A stretch of DNA of 21,612 nt from NCBI GenBank assembly GCA_050125095.1, contig JASFEA010000041.1, positions 1-21,612 on the forward strand, written 5' to 3'. The position numbers and the translations under genes were made by a program. The notes under the pieces were generated by a model, which saw only the letters and a program-made list of their open reading frames with translations, did no database searches and was not told the DNA's origin. The DNA is from a bacterium. GTDB lineage: Bacteria > Arandabacterota > Arandabacteria > Arandabacterales > JALGWA01. Numbering within the stretch: position 1 is the stretch's first letter; each line of letters starts with the position of its first letter. Below are positions 1 through 7,574 of this stretch, piece after piece.

Positions 1-670
1 AAGAGCGCGTGTCGAGGACGCGCTTGAGGTCATCGAGATGGTCGTAGGTCGACCAGCGCTCGATTTCCCTGCCGTCGCCGTCTATGTGAATCATCACCGG
101 GAACTTGACCACCTTTCCCCTGTAATTCTCGACCTGCCTTCCGATGACATAGAACGTCCCGTCGGGCATCCTGCAGACTTCATGATGGACGGGCCGCATT
201 TTCTTCCACAGCACCACCGAGTTCCAGTTGAGACGGAGAGTCTCCATGTCCCCCACGAATGTAACAAGGTCGCCGTTATCGAGCGGAATGCCGTATTGCC
301 AGCCATGGTCTCCCGTCTGAATGTCGGACCACTGGTGCACGGTCCTGCCGTTCATGTCGAACAGTACGGCCCTTGTCTGGAAACGGTCGAAGTAGAGATT
401 GTAGCCGGGCCATGACCTTTCCTTATCGTACAAGACAACGCCGCTTTTATCGCCTGACACCTTCTCCTCGGTGACAGCCGTGTAAGGAAGCGATCTCATC
501 TTATCGAGCCGCGCCCTGATCTCATCCTCCTCGGAGACCTTTCCGCCTTCTTTGCCGCAAGAGAGCAGGGCCGCCATCATGAGAATCAGAGCGAACACAG
601 CGATTGCCGCCGGTCTGGTCGAGCCACTCCCGGGCGGGACGCGATGTAACAACACTATCAGGTCTTTCAT
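1..670 (-). CDS. Arylsulfotransferase (ASST)-family beta-propeller lipoprotein, 3' end runs off the window (absent from the ORF track)
   Basis: Manual translation from ATG 670, which overlaps the GNAT TGA (ATGA): MKDLIVLLHRVPPGSGSTRPAAIAVFALILMMAALLSC-GKEGG...SGVVLYDKERSWPGYNLYFD...AVLFDMNGRTVHQW...LDNGDL...LNWNSVVLWKKMRPVHHEVCRMPDGTFYVI...IDGDGREIERWS. No stop down to base 1. It has a lipobox (ALLSC) and ASST-like GYNLY / DMxGxxVHxW / HH[DE] motifs. Confidence 0.8.
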   Translation of the reverse strand, partial: MKDLIVLLHRVPPGSGSTRPAAIAVFALILMMAALLSCGKEGGKVSEEDEIRARLDKMRSLPYTAVTEEKVSGDKSGVVLYDKERSWPGYNLYFDRFQTRAVLFDMNGRTVHQWSDIQTGDHGWQYGIPLDNGDLVTFVGDMETLRLNWNSVVLWKKMRPVHHEVCRMPDGTFYVIGRQVENYRGKVVKFPVMIHIDGDGREIERWSTYDHLDDLKRVLDTRS

Positions 671-1071
671 TCCTCTATCTCTCCCCCGTATGTGAAGTCT
701 CTCACATGCATGCCGTATATCGGGCTGAAACCGGACTTCCGGTAGAACGCCTCTTTGTCCGGATCCGTTATGAGAATAATATCATAGAGCCCGTGGAAGT
801 GAAGAACCACCAGCTCCATCATTCGGGACCCGACTCCCCCTCCCCGGTATTCCTCCAGGACTTCCACGAGCGATACGAGGGCGTGCATGGCCCCGTCCGT
901 AATTGCCGTAACGAACCCGATGAGCCTGCCTTCATCCCTTGCCGTTACGACCAGGTCCGACCCGGCAAGCAGCCGGGCCCGCGTTCCGGCTGAAGGCGGC
1001 GACTTCCAGCCTTTAAAGAACGGTCCGAGTTCGGCGACTTCCGGTTTCACATTTACATCGTATTCAATCAT
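667..1071 (-). CDS. GNAT family N-acetyltransferase
   Basis: 134 aa. Acetyl-CoA motif A (VLEEYRGGGVGSRMM), LIGFVTAITDG strand and AFYRKSGF motif. Confidence 0.92.
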   Translation of the reverse strand: MIEYDVNVKPEVAELGPFFKGWKSPPSAGTRARLLAGSDLVVTARDEGRLIGFVTAITDGAMHALVSLVEVLEEYRGGGVGSRMMELVVLHFHGLYDIILITDPDKEAFYRKSGFSPIYGMHVRDFTYGGEIEE

Positions 1072-1078
1072 CGCCCGC

Positions 1079-1717
1079 TCATGGCTTGACGGCCCAGAGC
1101 ACCCACGTGATATGAGTGAACTGGAGCGCGTTGAGTTCTATGCCGAGGTCATCGAATATTGTCCGCATATGGTCGAGTCTCGGGAAATACTCCTCCTCCA
1201 TAAAGTCCTCTCTCGAGAGAAGCTCCCTCTCGGCCTTCTCGGTTTCGAATATCAGATCGCCCAGGGCCCAGATGCCGCCGGACTTCAGGACACGCATCAT
1301 CTCCACGACGGTCTCCCGGCGAACGCGATGGGGCACATGGTGATAAGCGTAGGTCGAAACCACAACGTCGAAATAATCGTCCGGATAGGGGATCGACCGG
1401 AACGGCCGGTCGATCCTGCGGAACTCAACCCGGGGGTCCTCGCCCGCTTTTTCCTCCGCCTTCTCGAGCATTTTCGTCGAGGGGTCGAGGCCCACCACAT
1501 GCGACGCCTTCCGCTCCAGGCAGCGCATCGACAGGTTCCCGGTGCCCGCCCCGAGATCCAGGACTTTCTTGCCGGGGCAAACGGCGGCCACGTCGACTAC
1601 GGCGTTGAGCACGTCGTCGTATTTCTCATATACGGGGTCGTCCGACGCCACGATGGCGTCATATGAATCCGCCTCATCGTCGAAATCCCAGACCTTATCT
1701 TCGCCGTTCCGATTCAC
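1079..1717 (-). CDS. Class I SAM-dependent methyltransferase
   Basis: WDFDDEADSYD N-terminus, motif I VLDLGAGTG, GLDPSTKML, FDVVVSTYAYHHV, RVLKSGG. Confidence 0.92.
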   Translation of the reverse strand: MNRNGEDKVWDFDDEADSYDAIVASDDPVYEKYDDVLNAVVDVAAVCPGKKVLDLGAGTGNLSMRCLERKASHVVGLDPSTKMLEKAEEKAGEDPRVEFRRIDRPFRSIPYPDDYFDVVVSTYAYHHVPHRVRRETVVEMMRVLKSGGIWALGDLIFETEKAERELLSREDFMEEEYFPRLDHMRTIFDDLGIELNALQFTHITWVLWAVKP

Positions 1718-1765
1718 AGGCCGCCGAACCGCCTTTCACTGCGATTCTCGTTTTACCCTGGGTCC

Positions 1766-2767
1766 TCATTTCACCGCCGTGATGCGCGGGTTCGATGCCA
1801 GGGGCGCGCGCATTTCCACCACGACTTCCACCGCGGGAGAAAGCATATCATCTATGGAGGCCATGTCGAGCGGGCGCAAGTCCTCGGAGAGCCGGTCGAA
1901 GAGCTCGCCCGCGAACCAGGCGCCGCTGTGCGACGGAATGACCTCGGAAAACGCGATTTCATTCAGCAGTCCGGAATAAGTCCGCCCCGAAGGATGCGAG
2001 AGCCTGCAGACGACCGCGTCGGTTACACGCGGCTTCAGGCTCTCCAGAAGAGGCGCCGTCAGGCGGTCGAAAGGCAGCACGCCCGAGCCGTCCACCGGCA
2101 GGCCGAGATCGCCGGGGCCCCCGGAGAAGGTCATGCCGTACATGACGGCGCACTCGTCCTCTATGTGCCTGTCGTAAACGACAAGCCGCGCGCTCCCGGC
2201 GTCGGGCGACCAGAGCCATGTCTCATGCCGCGACGAGTCGCGGTATCTGTCCAGGTCCTCATATGTCACGCGCAGGCGGCCTCCGGGCTTGAGAATACGG
2301 AAGAACTCGCGCAGTGTCGCGGCGGGATCCGGAGTCTGCTCAACCGACGACGCCGCCATGACTCCGTCGAAGGTGTCGTCGTCGAATGGCAGCGGCTCGC
2401 CGGGAGGGACGTGCAGAAACCCGGTGTTTGTAAGGCCCAGCCTCTTCGCGTTGGCCGCGCAGACCTCCACGCGCCGCCTCGATGCATCCACGCCCACGAC
2501 CTCCGCCGCAAGGGGCGCGACAATGAGAGAGGGCCAGCCGTCTCCCGGACCGAAGTCGAGGAGGCGCCTGCCGGCGCCCCGGGTGGCGTGGAGGAAGTCG
2601 AACATGGACCCGCGGTCGCACCAGTGGGACCTGTCGGCCGCGTCGAAGGGCTTGTAGATGACGGGGAGACACTCGAATGACTGGGACTCCATGCAGTCGT
2701 AGAAGATCTCGACCGATGTGCAGGCCCGGGGCCTGAGATTATCTTCAATCCAGTTAAAAACGTCCAC
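1766..2767 (-). CDS. Class I SAM-dependent methyltransferase with N- and C-terminal extensions
   Basis: Motifs LLDFGPGDG, GVDAS, LPFDDDTFDGV, LREFFRILKPGGRL. Start reassigned to GTG 2767 (MDVFNW), preceded by GGCGGGGA, because the ORF-track start at 2860 lies inside the HAD gene. Confidence 0.85.
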   Translation of the reverse strand: MDVFNWIEDNLRPRACTSVEIFYDCMESQSFECLPVIYKPFDAADRSHWCDRGSMFDFLHATRGAGRRLLDFGPGDGWPSLIVAPLAAEVVGVDASRRRVEVCAANAKRLGLTNTGFLHVPPGEPLPFDDDTFDGVMAASSVEQTPDPAATLREFFRILKPGGRLRVTYEDLDRYRDSSRHETWLWSPDAGSARLVVYDRHIEDECAVMYGMTFSGGPGDLGLPVDGSGVLPFDRLTAPLLESLKPRVTDAVVCRLSHPSGRTYSGLLNEIAFSEVIPSHSGAWFAGELFDRLSEDLRPLDMASIDDMLSPAVEVVVEMRAPLASNPRITAVK

Positions 2768-2795
2768 GGTCGGTCCCCGCCTGATTAAGCTCCGG

Positions 2796-3488
2796 TCAAT
2801 CGACGCCCGCCAGCTTCCTGGCGGCATCGGCAAGGCCGCGCACGCCCGGAAGCTCAACATCTGGCACCTCGAAAGGTATTCTGGGATCCTGACCCTTCAG
2901 GATCCCGACCCGGATTCTGATGGTCTTCATGCCTACCTGGCGCGCCGGCACCACGTCCTTGTCCAGTCTGTCGCCGACCATTATGCACTCGCCGGGATTC
3001 ACGCCGCAGGCCCCGGCGACCTCTTCGAAGTACCTGGGATCGGGCTTGGTGAGGGCGAAATCATCCTGCGTGTAAGTGTACCTGAAGCAGTCGAGCAGAG
3101 AATGCTCCCTCAAGAGTTCGAGAACCTCTTTTCCGTACTGGCCGAGTATCCCCAGGTCGAAGTCGCGGCTCAAGCTCAACACCTCGTCCGGCAGATCCCG
3201 CGTCATCCTCAAGGGGGGCCGCCGCTTGCGCCAGGCCGAGAGGAACGCCCCGTAAACCCGGTCGAACTCGCCGGGATCGCCCCCCACGCGCTTGAAGAAA
3301 ACGTACTGGTAGATCCTGGGCGCGTAAACGCGCGATGCCTCCTCGACGTCGCGCCAGTAATCGTCCAGGGTATAGCCCTGTGTTATTTTCGAAAGCTCCT
3401 GCACGGCGACCCGCGCCACCGCGTTTTCGTGCTCGGACTCGTCGAGAATCACCCCGCCGGCGTCCAGAAACACAGTCGTCAGTTTCAT
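2796..3488 (-). CDS. HAD-superfamily hydrolase (subfamily IA-like)
   Basis: Motif I variant FLDAGGVI, KPDP, motif IV MVGDRLDKDV, ARQVGMKTI. ATG 3488 is preferred (GCGGGA 6 nt upstream); TTG 3494 is the alternative. Confidence 0.9.
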   Translation of the reverse strand: MKLTTVFLDAGGVILDESEHENAVARVAVQELSKITQGYTLDDYWRDVEEASRVYAPRIYQYVFFKRVGGDPGEFDRVYGAFLSAWRKRRPPLRMTRDLPDEVLSLSRDFDLGILGQYGKEVLELLREHSLLDCFRYTYTQDDFALTKPDPRYFEEVAGACGVNPGECIMVGDRLDKDVVPARQVGMKTIRIRVGILKGQDPRIPFEVPDVELPGVRGLADAARKLAGVD

Positions 3489-3501
3489 GCGCAATCCCGC
3501 A

Positions 3502-3846
3502 TCAGAGGCCCTGATTTATCCCATCCAGAGTCTTCCTCGCATCCGGCACCATTTCGAGCAGCTTGTTGAGTTTCTCGCAGGCGTACTCGTCGCAGCGGGC
3601 GCAGTTCAGAACTTCCCTCTCCATGCCGCACTTGCGGATTTCACAGACGGTGCAGTGATGGAACACCGGTCCTTCTTTGGATAAACAGCTCATGCAGTTG
3701 ATATGCTCCGGCTTGATGTCGGCGCCGTACTGCTTCGACCACTGCTCCGCCGTTTTGCTTCGCATCTCGTCGTCATCGTTGACGGTCGCGATATAGGCCG
3801 GACACACCTGGCAGTTTATCCCGCAGACAGCTACTATCTTGTCCAT
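3502..3846 (-). CDS. DUF3795-type cysteine-rich (metal-binding) protein
   Basis: CGINCQVCPAY...CMSC...HCTVCEIRKC...NCARCDEYACEKL pattern. Strong RBS GAGAGGAG upstream. Confidence 0.88.
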   Translation of the reverse strand: MDKIVAVCGINCQVCPAYIATVNDDDEMRSKTAEQWSKQYGADIKPEHINCMSCLSKEGPVFHHCTVCEIRKCGMEREVLNCARCDEYACEKLNKLLEMVPDARKTLDGINQGL

Positions 3847-3904
3847 ACATGTCTCCTCTCATATGTTACAGCATATCGAAGGCGCCGAGTCTCTTCCATC
3901 TAAA

Positions 3905-5011
3905 CTAGAACGCTTCGCCGGCTACGAAATAGAATCCGTCCGAGTCCTCGCCAACGGCGGCATCTATGCGGAGATTGAAGTTCTCTTCGTTCAGCCGGAA
4001 CCGGACACCCATGCCGGCTGTGTACTTGAAGGACCCCGGATCCAGATCCCCCCATCTGCCCGCCACGTCCGCGTAGCTTCCGAATACGGCGATACCGACC
4101 CGCCACCAGTACGCCGAGCGGTATTCCGCCTGGAAAGCCAAGAGGACCTTATCGCAGAAGCGCCCTTCATCGTAACCTCTCAAGAGGAAGGCTCCGCCGA
4201 GCCTGGGGAGTTCCTGAAACGGCACATCACCGGACGCTGACGCGGTCAGGCCGCGCAGGGCCAGGGAGTGGTCGCCGTAGAGCGGAGCATACAGCCGGGC
4301 GTCGAGGGAAACCTCGCCGTATGCGTAATCGCTGCCCAGGAGATCGCCGTGATACACGGCCAGCGCCTCCACGAAGGCGCCCTTCTTGGAAAAGAATATG
4401 TTGTCGCGCTTGTCCCAGGTTGCGACTACGCCCAGCCCCGACACTATGTGCTCGTCGGCGCCCGGGAGAATGCCCTCAGACAGCATGCCGTCCTCCTCCA
4501 CGTCGGTCAGGCGCTCGTATCTGAACTTGTATCTGAGGCCGGCCCGCACGCCCCTGAGGAACCTGTGCTGAAAAAGGCAGTTGAACATTACCGCCCTCGA
4601 CGTGTATTCCTCCTCCATCTCACCCGTGGTATCGCCGCCGATGCCCCAGAAACTCTGCGGGAAATCCTGGTAACTTACGCCCAACAGCATCCTGTGTGAC
4701 CCGTCGCGGGAGTAAAGCTCGGGCGTGATCCCGAGCAACAGGTTCCCCCGCTGTGAGTAGAACCCTATGCCCGACAGGCTCGAAGTCCGGCTCTCCGGAT
4801 GCGGCCTGAAGAAGTACGCCCCTGCCGCGCCGAAGGCCACTCCCGTCTCCGGCGTGTAGAAGACAATGGGAAGCGCAACGAGATCGGTATAGGCCGAATC
4901 CGCCATGGCGCCGTCCTCGCCGGCAGCCGCCCCCACGGGCGGGCCGAGCAGAACCGCCGAGCAGACGAGGGCGATAATGAACCTCAGAGTCATATAGACG
5001 TCACAGGGCAA
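3905..5011 (-). CDS. Omp85/BamA-TamA family outer-membrane beta-barrel lacking POTRA domains
   Basis: Signal peptide, LPIVFYTPETG start, amphipathic strands, WDKRDN, LGG..LLRGY loop-6 motif, QAEYR, terminal GEAF. TTG 5011 has GGAGGT 9 nt upstream; ATG 4993 is the alternative. Confidence 0.88.
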   Translation of the reverse strand: MPCDVYMTLRFIIALVCSAVLLGPPVGAAAGEDGAMADSAYTDLVALPIVFYTPETGVAFGAAGAYFFRPHPESRTSSLSGIGFYSQRGNLLLGITPELYSRDGSHRMLLGVSYQDFPQSFWGIGGDTTGEMEEEYTSRAVMFNCLFQHRFLRGVRAGLRYKFRYERLTDVEEDGMLSEGILPGADEHIVSGLGVVATWDKRDNIFFSKKGAFVEALAVYHGDLLGSDYAYGEVSLDARLYAPLYGDHSLALRGLTASASGDVPFQELPRLGGAFLLRGYDEGRFCDKVLLAFQAEYRSAYWWRVGIAVFGSYADVAGRWGDLDPGSFKYTAGMGVRFRLNEENFNLRIDAAVGEDSDGFYFVAGEAF

Positions 5012-5085
5012 TATCCAGTAACCTCCGCAGGTGAATACCGGAGTTCAGAAATACGGCAATTCCGCGTCCCGGGCGGGCCACCGAG

Positions 5086-5114
5086 TTGAATCTACTGGTT
5101 TGGTGATGTATTGT
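5086..5114 (+). promoter_or_regulatory. Putative sigma70-type promoter for the flavoprotein-TauE pair
   Basis: TTGAAT-17 nt-TATTGT, 38 nt upstream of ATG 5153. Confidence 0.5.
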
Positions 5115-5152
5115 CATGCTAAAGCTCTGGCAAATTCACCAGGGAGGTGAAG

Positions 5153-5731
5153 ATGGGAACGAGGGACAGGAAGAAAGTGCTCGGGATAGTCGGGAGCCCG
5201 CGGCGCGGAGGCAACACCGACATAATGGTGGACTACGCGCTAAGGGGCGCCGGGGAGGCGGGCGCCGCTGTGGAGAAGGTGCTGCTCAATGATCTCACCA
5301 TCGCCCCGTGCGAGGCCTGCTACGCCTGCGACGCCACGGGCTCATGCGTACAGCAGGATGACATGGCCGCGCTCTTCGAGAGAATGGACGCCTGCGGAGT
5401 GTGGGTGCTCGGAACACCCGTGTACTGGTGGGGGCCGTCCGCGCAGATGAAGGTCTTCATGGACCGCTGGTTCGCCAAGGCCTCCAATCGCGACTACCGT
5501 GATATTCTGAGCGGTCGCAGGGTGGTGCTCGTAATACCGCTGGGCGATGCGGACCCGCGCACTGCCCGCCACGTCGTAGGCATGTTCGAGGACGCCCTGG
5601 CCTATGTCAAATCGGATGTCTTCGAGGTCGTGCTGGCTCCCGGCGCCTACGACATGGGCGACGTAAATAGCATGCCCGAAGTCCTCGAGAAGGCGCGCGC
5701 GGCGGGCGAGCGCGCCTCGGGCGCAGAGTAA
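5153..5731 (+). CDS. Iron-sulfur flavoprotein (Isf-like) / flavodoxin-fold NAD(P)H-dependent FMN reductase family
   Basis: GSPRRGGNT FMN-binding loop, CEACYACDATGSC (CX2CX2CX5C), QDDM, GTPVYWWGPSAQMKVFMDR. ATG 5153 follows GGGAGGT; GTG 5147 lies inside the RBS. Confidence 0.9.
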   Translation: MGTRDRKKVLGIVGSPRRGGNTDIMVDYALRGAGEAGAAVEKVLLNDLTIAPCEACYACDATGSCVQQDDMAALFERMDACGVWVLGTPVYWWGPSAQMKVFMDRWFAKASNRDYRDILSGRRVVLVIPLGDADPRTARHVVGMFEDALAYVKSDVFEVVLAPGAYDMGDVNSMPEVLEKARAAGERASGAE

Positions 5732-5741
5732 CGGCGGGCCC

Positions 5742-6488
5742 ATGGACCTGACGGCCGCGGTCATAATCTACAGTATTGCATGTGTGTTCGCCGCCGGCTG
5801 CCTCAAGGGACTCACCGGTTTCGGTTTGTCTCTTGTGGCCACGGCGCTGCTCGTGCAGGTCGCGCCGCCGGGCACCGTGGTCCCGGTCGTACTTCTTCTC
5901 AATTGCGTAGTAAACGCATTCCTCGTCTACGGGGTCAGGGACAGGATCGACATCGGCCGCATCTGGCCGCTGATAATTGGAGGCGTGGCCGGTCTGCCGC
6001 TGGGAACCTATATACTGGTTGTCGTTCACGGCGACATCCTGCGCATCGCCATCGGAGTCGTCATCCTGCTGTTTTCGGGGGCGCTCATCAGAGGCTACAG
6101 GAGGACGATACGCAGGGAGCGGCTGGGAGCGGGTCTCGTCGGGGCGGCAAGCGGCGTCATCGCGGGCAGCGTTTCGATGGGCGGACCGCCCGTCGTTTTA
6201 TTTTTCGCCGGTGTCGACGCCGACAAGCACATGTTCCGCGCCAACCTTGTCGCCTACTTCCTCTGCCTCAACCTGGCGGGCCTTCCCATGTATTATGCAG
6301 GGGGGCTGCTCACGGCGGACGTGTTCCGGATATTCGCGATGCTATTGCCGGCGCTCATACTGGGCGGACTTGCCGGAACCCGGCTGCTCCGCAGGGTGTC
6401 GGAGCGCACCTTCCGCCGTATCACGCTTGCAATCGTAATGGCGGCGGCCGTACTGGCGATTCTCAACGGCCTGCGCGGACTCCTCTAG
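5742..6488 (+). CDS. TauE/SafE (TSUP) family sulfite/anion exporter
   Basis: About 8 hydrophobic segments, AGCLKGLTGFG, GLPLG, GSVSMGGPP, FRANL, GGLAGTRL. Confidence 0.9.
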   Translation: MDLTAAVIIYSIACVFAAGCLKGLTGFGLSLVATALLVQVAPPGTVVPVVLLLNCVVNAFLVYGVRDRIDIGRIWPLIIGGVAGLPLGTYILVVVHGDILRIAIGVVILLFSGALIRGYRRTIRRERLGAGLVGAASGVIAGSVSMGGPPVVLFFAGVDADKHMFRANLVAYFLCLNLAGLPMYYAGGLLTADVFRIFAMLLPALILGGLAGTRLLRRVSERTFRRITLAIVMAAAVLAILNGLRGLL

Positions 6489-6524
6489 CCGCGTTTCATC
6501 GCTCCGAAAGGGGCCGCGACACGG
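6489..6524. terminator. GC-rich hairpin between convergent TauE and EamA genes (possible bidirectional terminator)
   Basis: Core GCTCC-GAAA-GGGGC (6501-6514) with imperfect outer pairing CCGCGT/ACACGG. No U-tract. Confidence 0.3.
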
Positions 6525-6526
6525 CC

Positions 6527-7456
6527 CTAAACCAGGAAGAGGATGGAGACGCCGGCCACCGCCGTGCAGGCCCCGATGATCCCGCGCGCGCTTGTCTTCT
6601 CTCCATACACCAGGCGGACCACGGGTATCACCATGACGGGCATCAGGGCCATGAGTGTGGCGGCTACGCCGGCCTGCGCGTAGGTGATGGCGACCATCGA
6701 GAGCCAGACTCCCGCGAACGGCCCGCTCACGGCGCCCGCGAATGTGCGCAATACGGCCCCGCCGTCGCTGCGCGCGCGCAACACCATCTTCAGCCTGCCC
6801 GTAAATACCACAGTAAGCCATACGAACGCCGCCGCCACGACCATTCTCACCAGCGTCGCGGACAGCGGATTCAGAGGGCCGACGCCCTCTCCCCCGGCCA
6901 CCATCATCCCGTACTTGGATACCACCAGGCCCAGGCCCTGCCCAAGCGAACCTCCCAGTCCGCTTAGGACTCCGTATATCTTTCGCTTCCGCGGTATCGA
7001 GTTCTCGTCGGCCTCATCCTCCCTCTCTATAACCACCATGGTGACGCCGGTAAGCGTTACGGCGATACCCGCGATTGTCCAGGGCCCGAGGACTTCGCCG
7101 AGGATGAAGTAGGCCATGATGGACGACCAGATGGGCGCCAGCGCCATCAGGAGCACCCCGCGCCTCGGCCCTACCAGTACCAGCGCGCCGAAATAGCCGA
7201 AGTCTCCGAGGGCGAGGCCTATGATTCCCGAGAGGCCGAGGTAGAACCACTGCGTATCCGTTGCCGGGGGAACGAGCGTGCCGAAGCGGATAAGGTGGAC
7301 GCCGCCGAGAAGACCCACGGCCATTGCTATCCGGTAGGCGTTCACGCTGAGGGCGCCTATGCGGCGGCCGGCGGCGGCGAAGAAGACGGAGCATGCCGTC
7401 CACAGCACCGAGACCACCAGGGCCGCTATTTCCCCCACGGGGGCCGATTGGAACAT
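6527..7456 (-). CDS. DMT/EamA family transporter
   Basis: About 10 TM segments in two repeats, GEIAAL, LSGIIGLALGD, ILGEVL, GVAATLMALMPV, YGEKTSARGIIG. RBS GGGAG. Confidence 0.92.
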   Translation of the reverse strand: MFQSAPVGEIAALVVSVLWTACSVFFAAAGRRIGALSVNAYRIAMAVGLLGGVHLIRFGTLVPPATDTQWFYLGLSGIIGLALGDFGYFGALVLVGPRRGVLLMALAPIWSSIMAYFILGEVLGPWTIAGIAVTLTGVTMVVIEREDEADENSIPRKRKIYGVLSGLGGSLGQGLGLVVSKYGMMVAGGEGVGPLNPLSATLVRMVVAAAFVWLTVVFTGRLKMVLRARSDGGAVLRTFAGAVSGPFAGVWLSMVAITYAQAGVAATLMALMPVMVIPVVRLVYGEKTSARGIIGACTAVAGVSILFLV

Positions 7457-7515
7457 GTCTCACTCCCACGGTTACGGAATAAGACACGATAACACATGGA
7501 GGGCGATATGACCTC

Positions 7516-7566
7516 AAAAACCGCGCCGAAAACTGCTCAAGGCAGGGTTGCGAGATAAGGCGCAGG
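7516..7566 (-). terminator. Candidate intrinsic terminator after the sulfatase-like gene
   Basis: Minus strand CTGCGCC...(CTGC-cttga-GCAG)...GGCGCGG followed by TTTTT. The large internal loop makes it weak. Confidence 0.25.
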
Positions 7567-7574
7567 GCCTGCGC

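Noticed and set aside
1715..1768. The two methyltransferases are in the same frame, separated only by two TGA codons (selenocysteine/readthrough fusion?)
   Set aside because: Each is a complete domain, two readthroughs would be needed, and there is no redox motif or evident SECIS.
5050..5067. CGCGGAATTGCCGTATT on the minus strand resembles the sigma28 -10 region at 8950
   Set aside because: The -10 box is imperfect and there is no TAAA 15 nt upstream.
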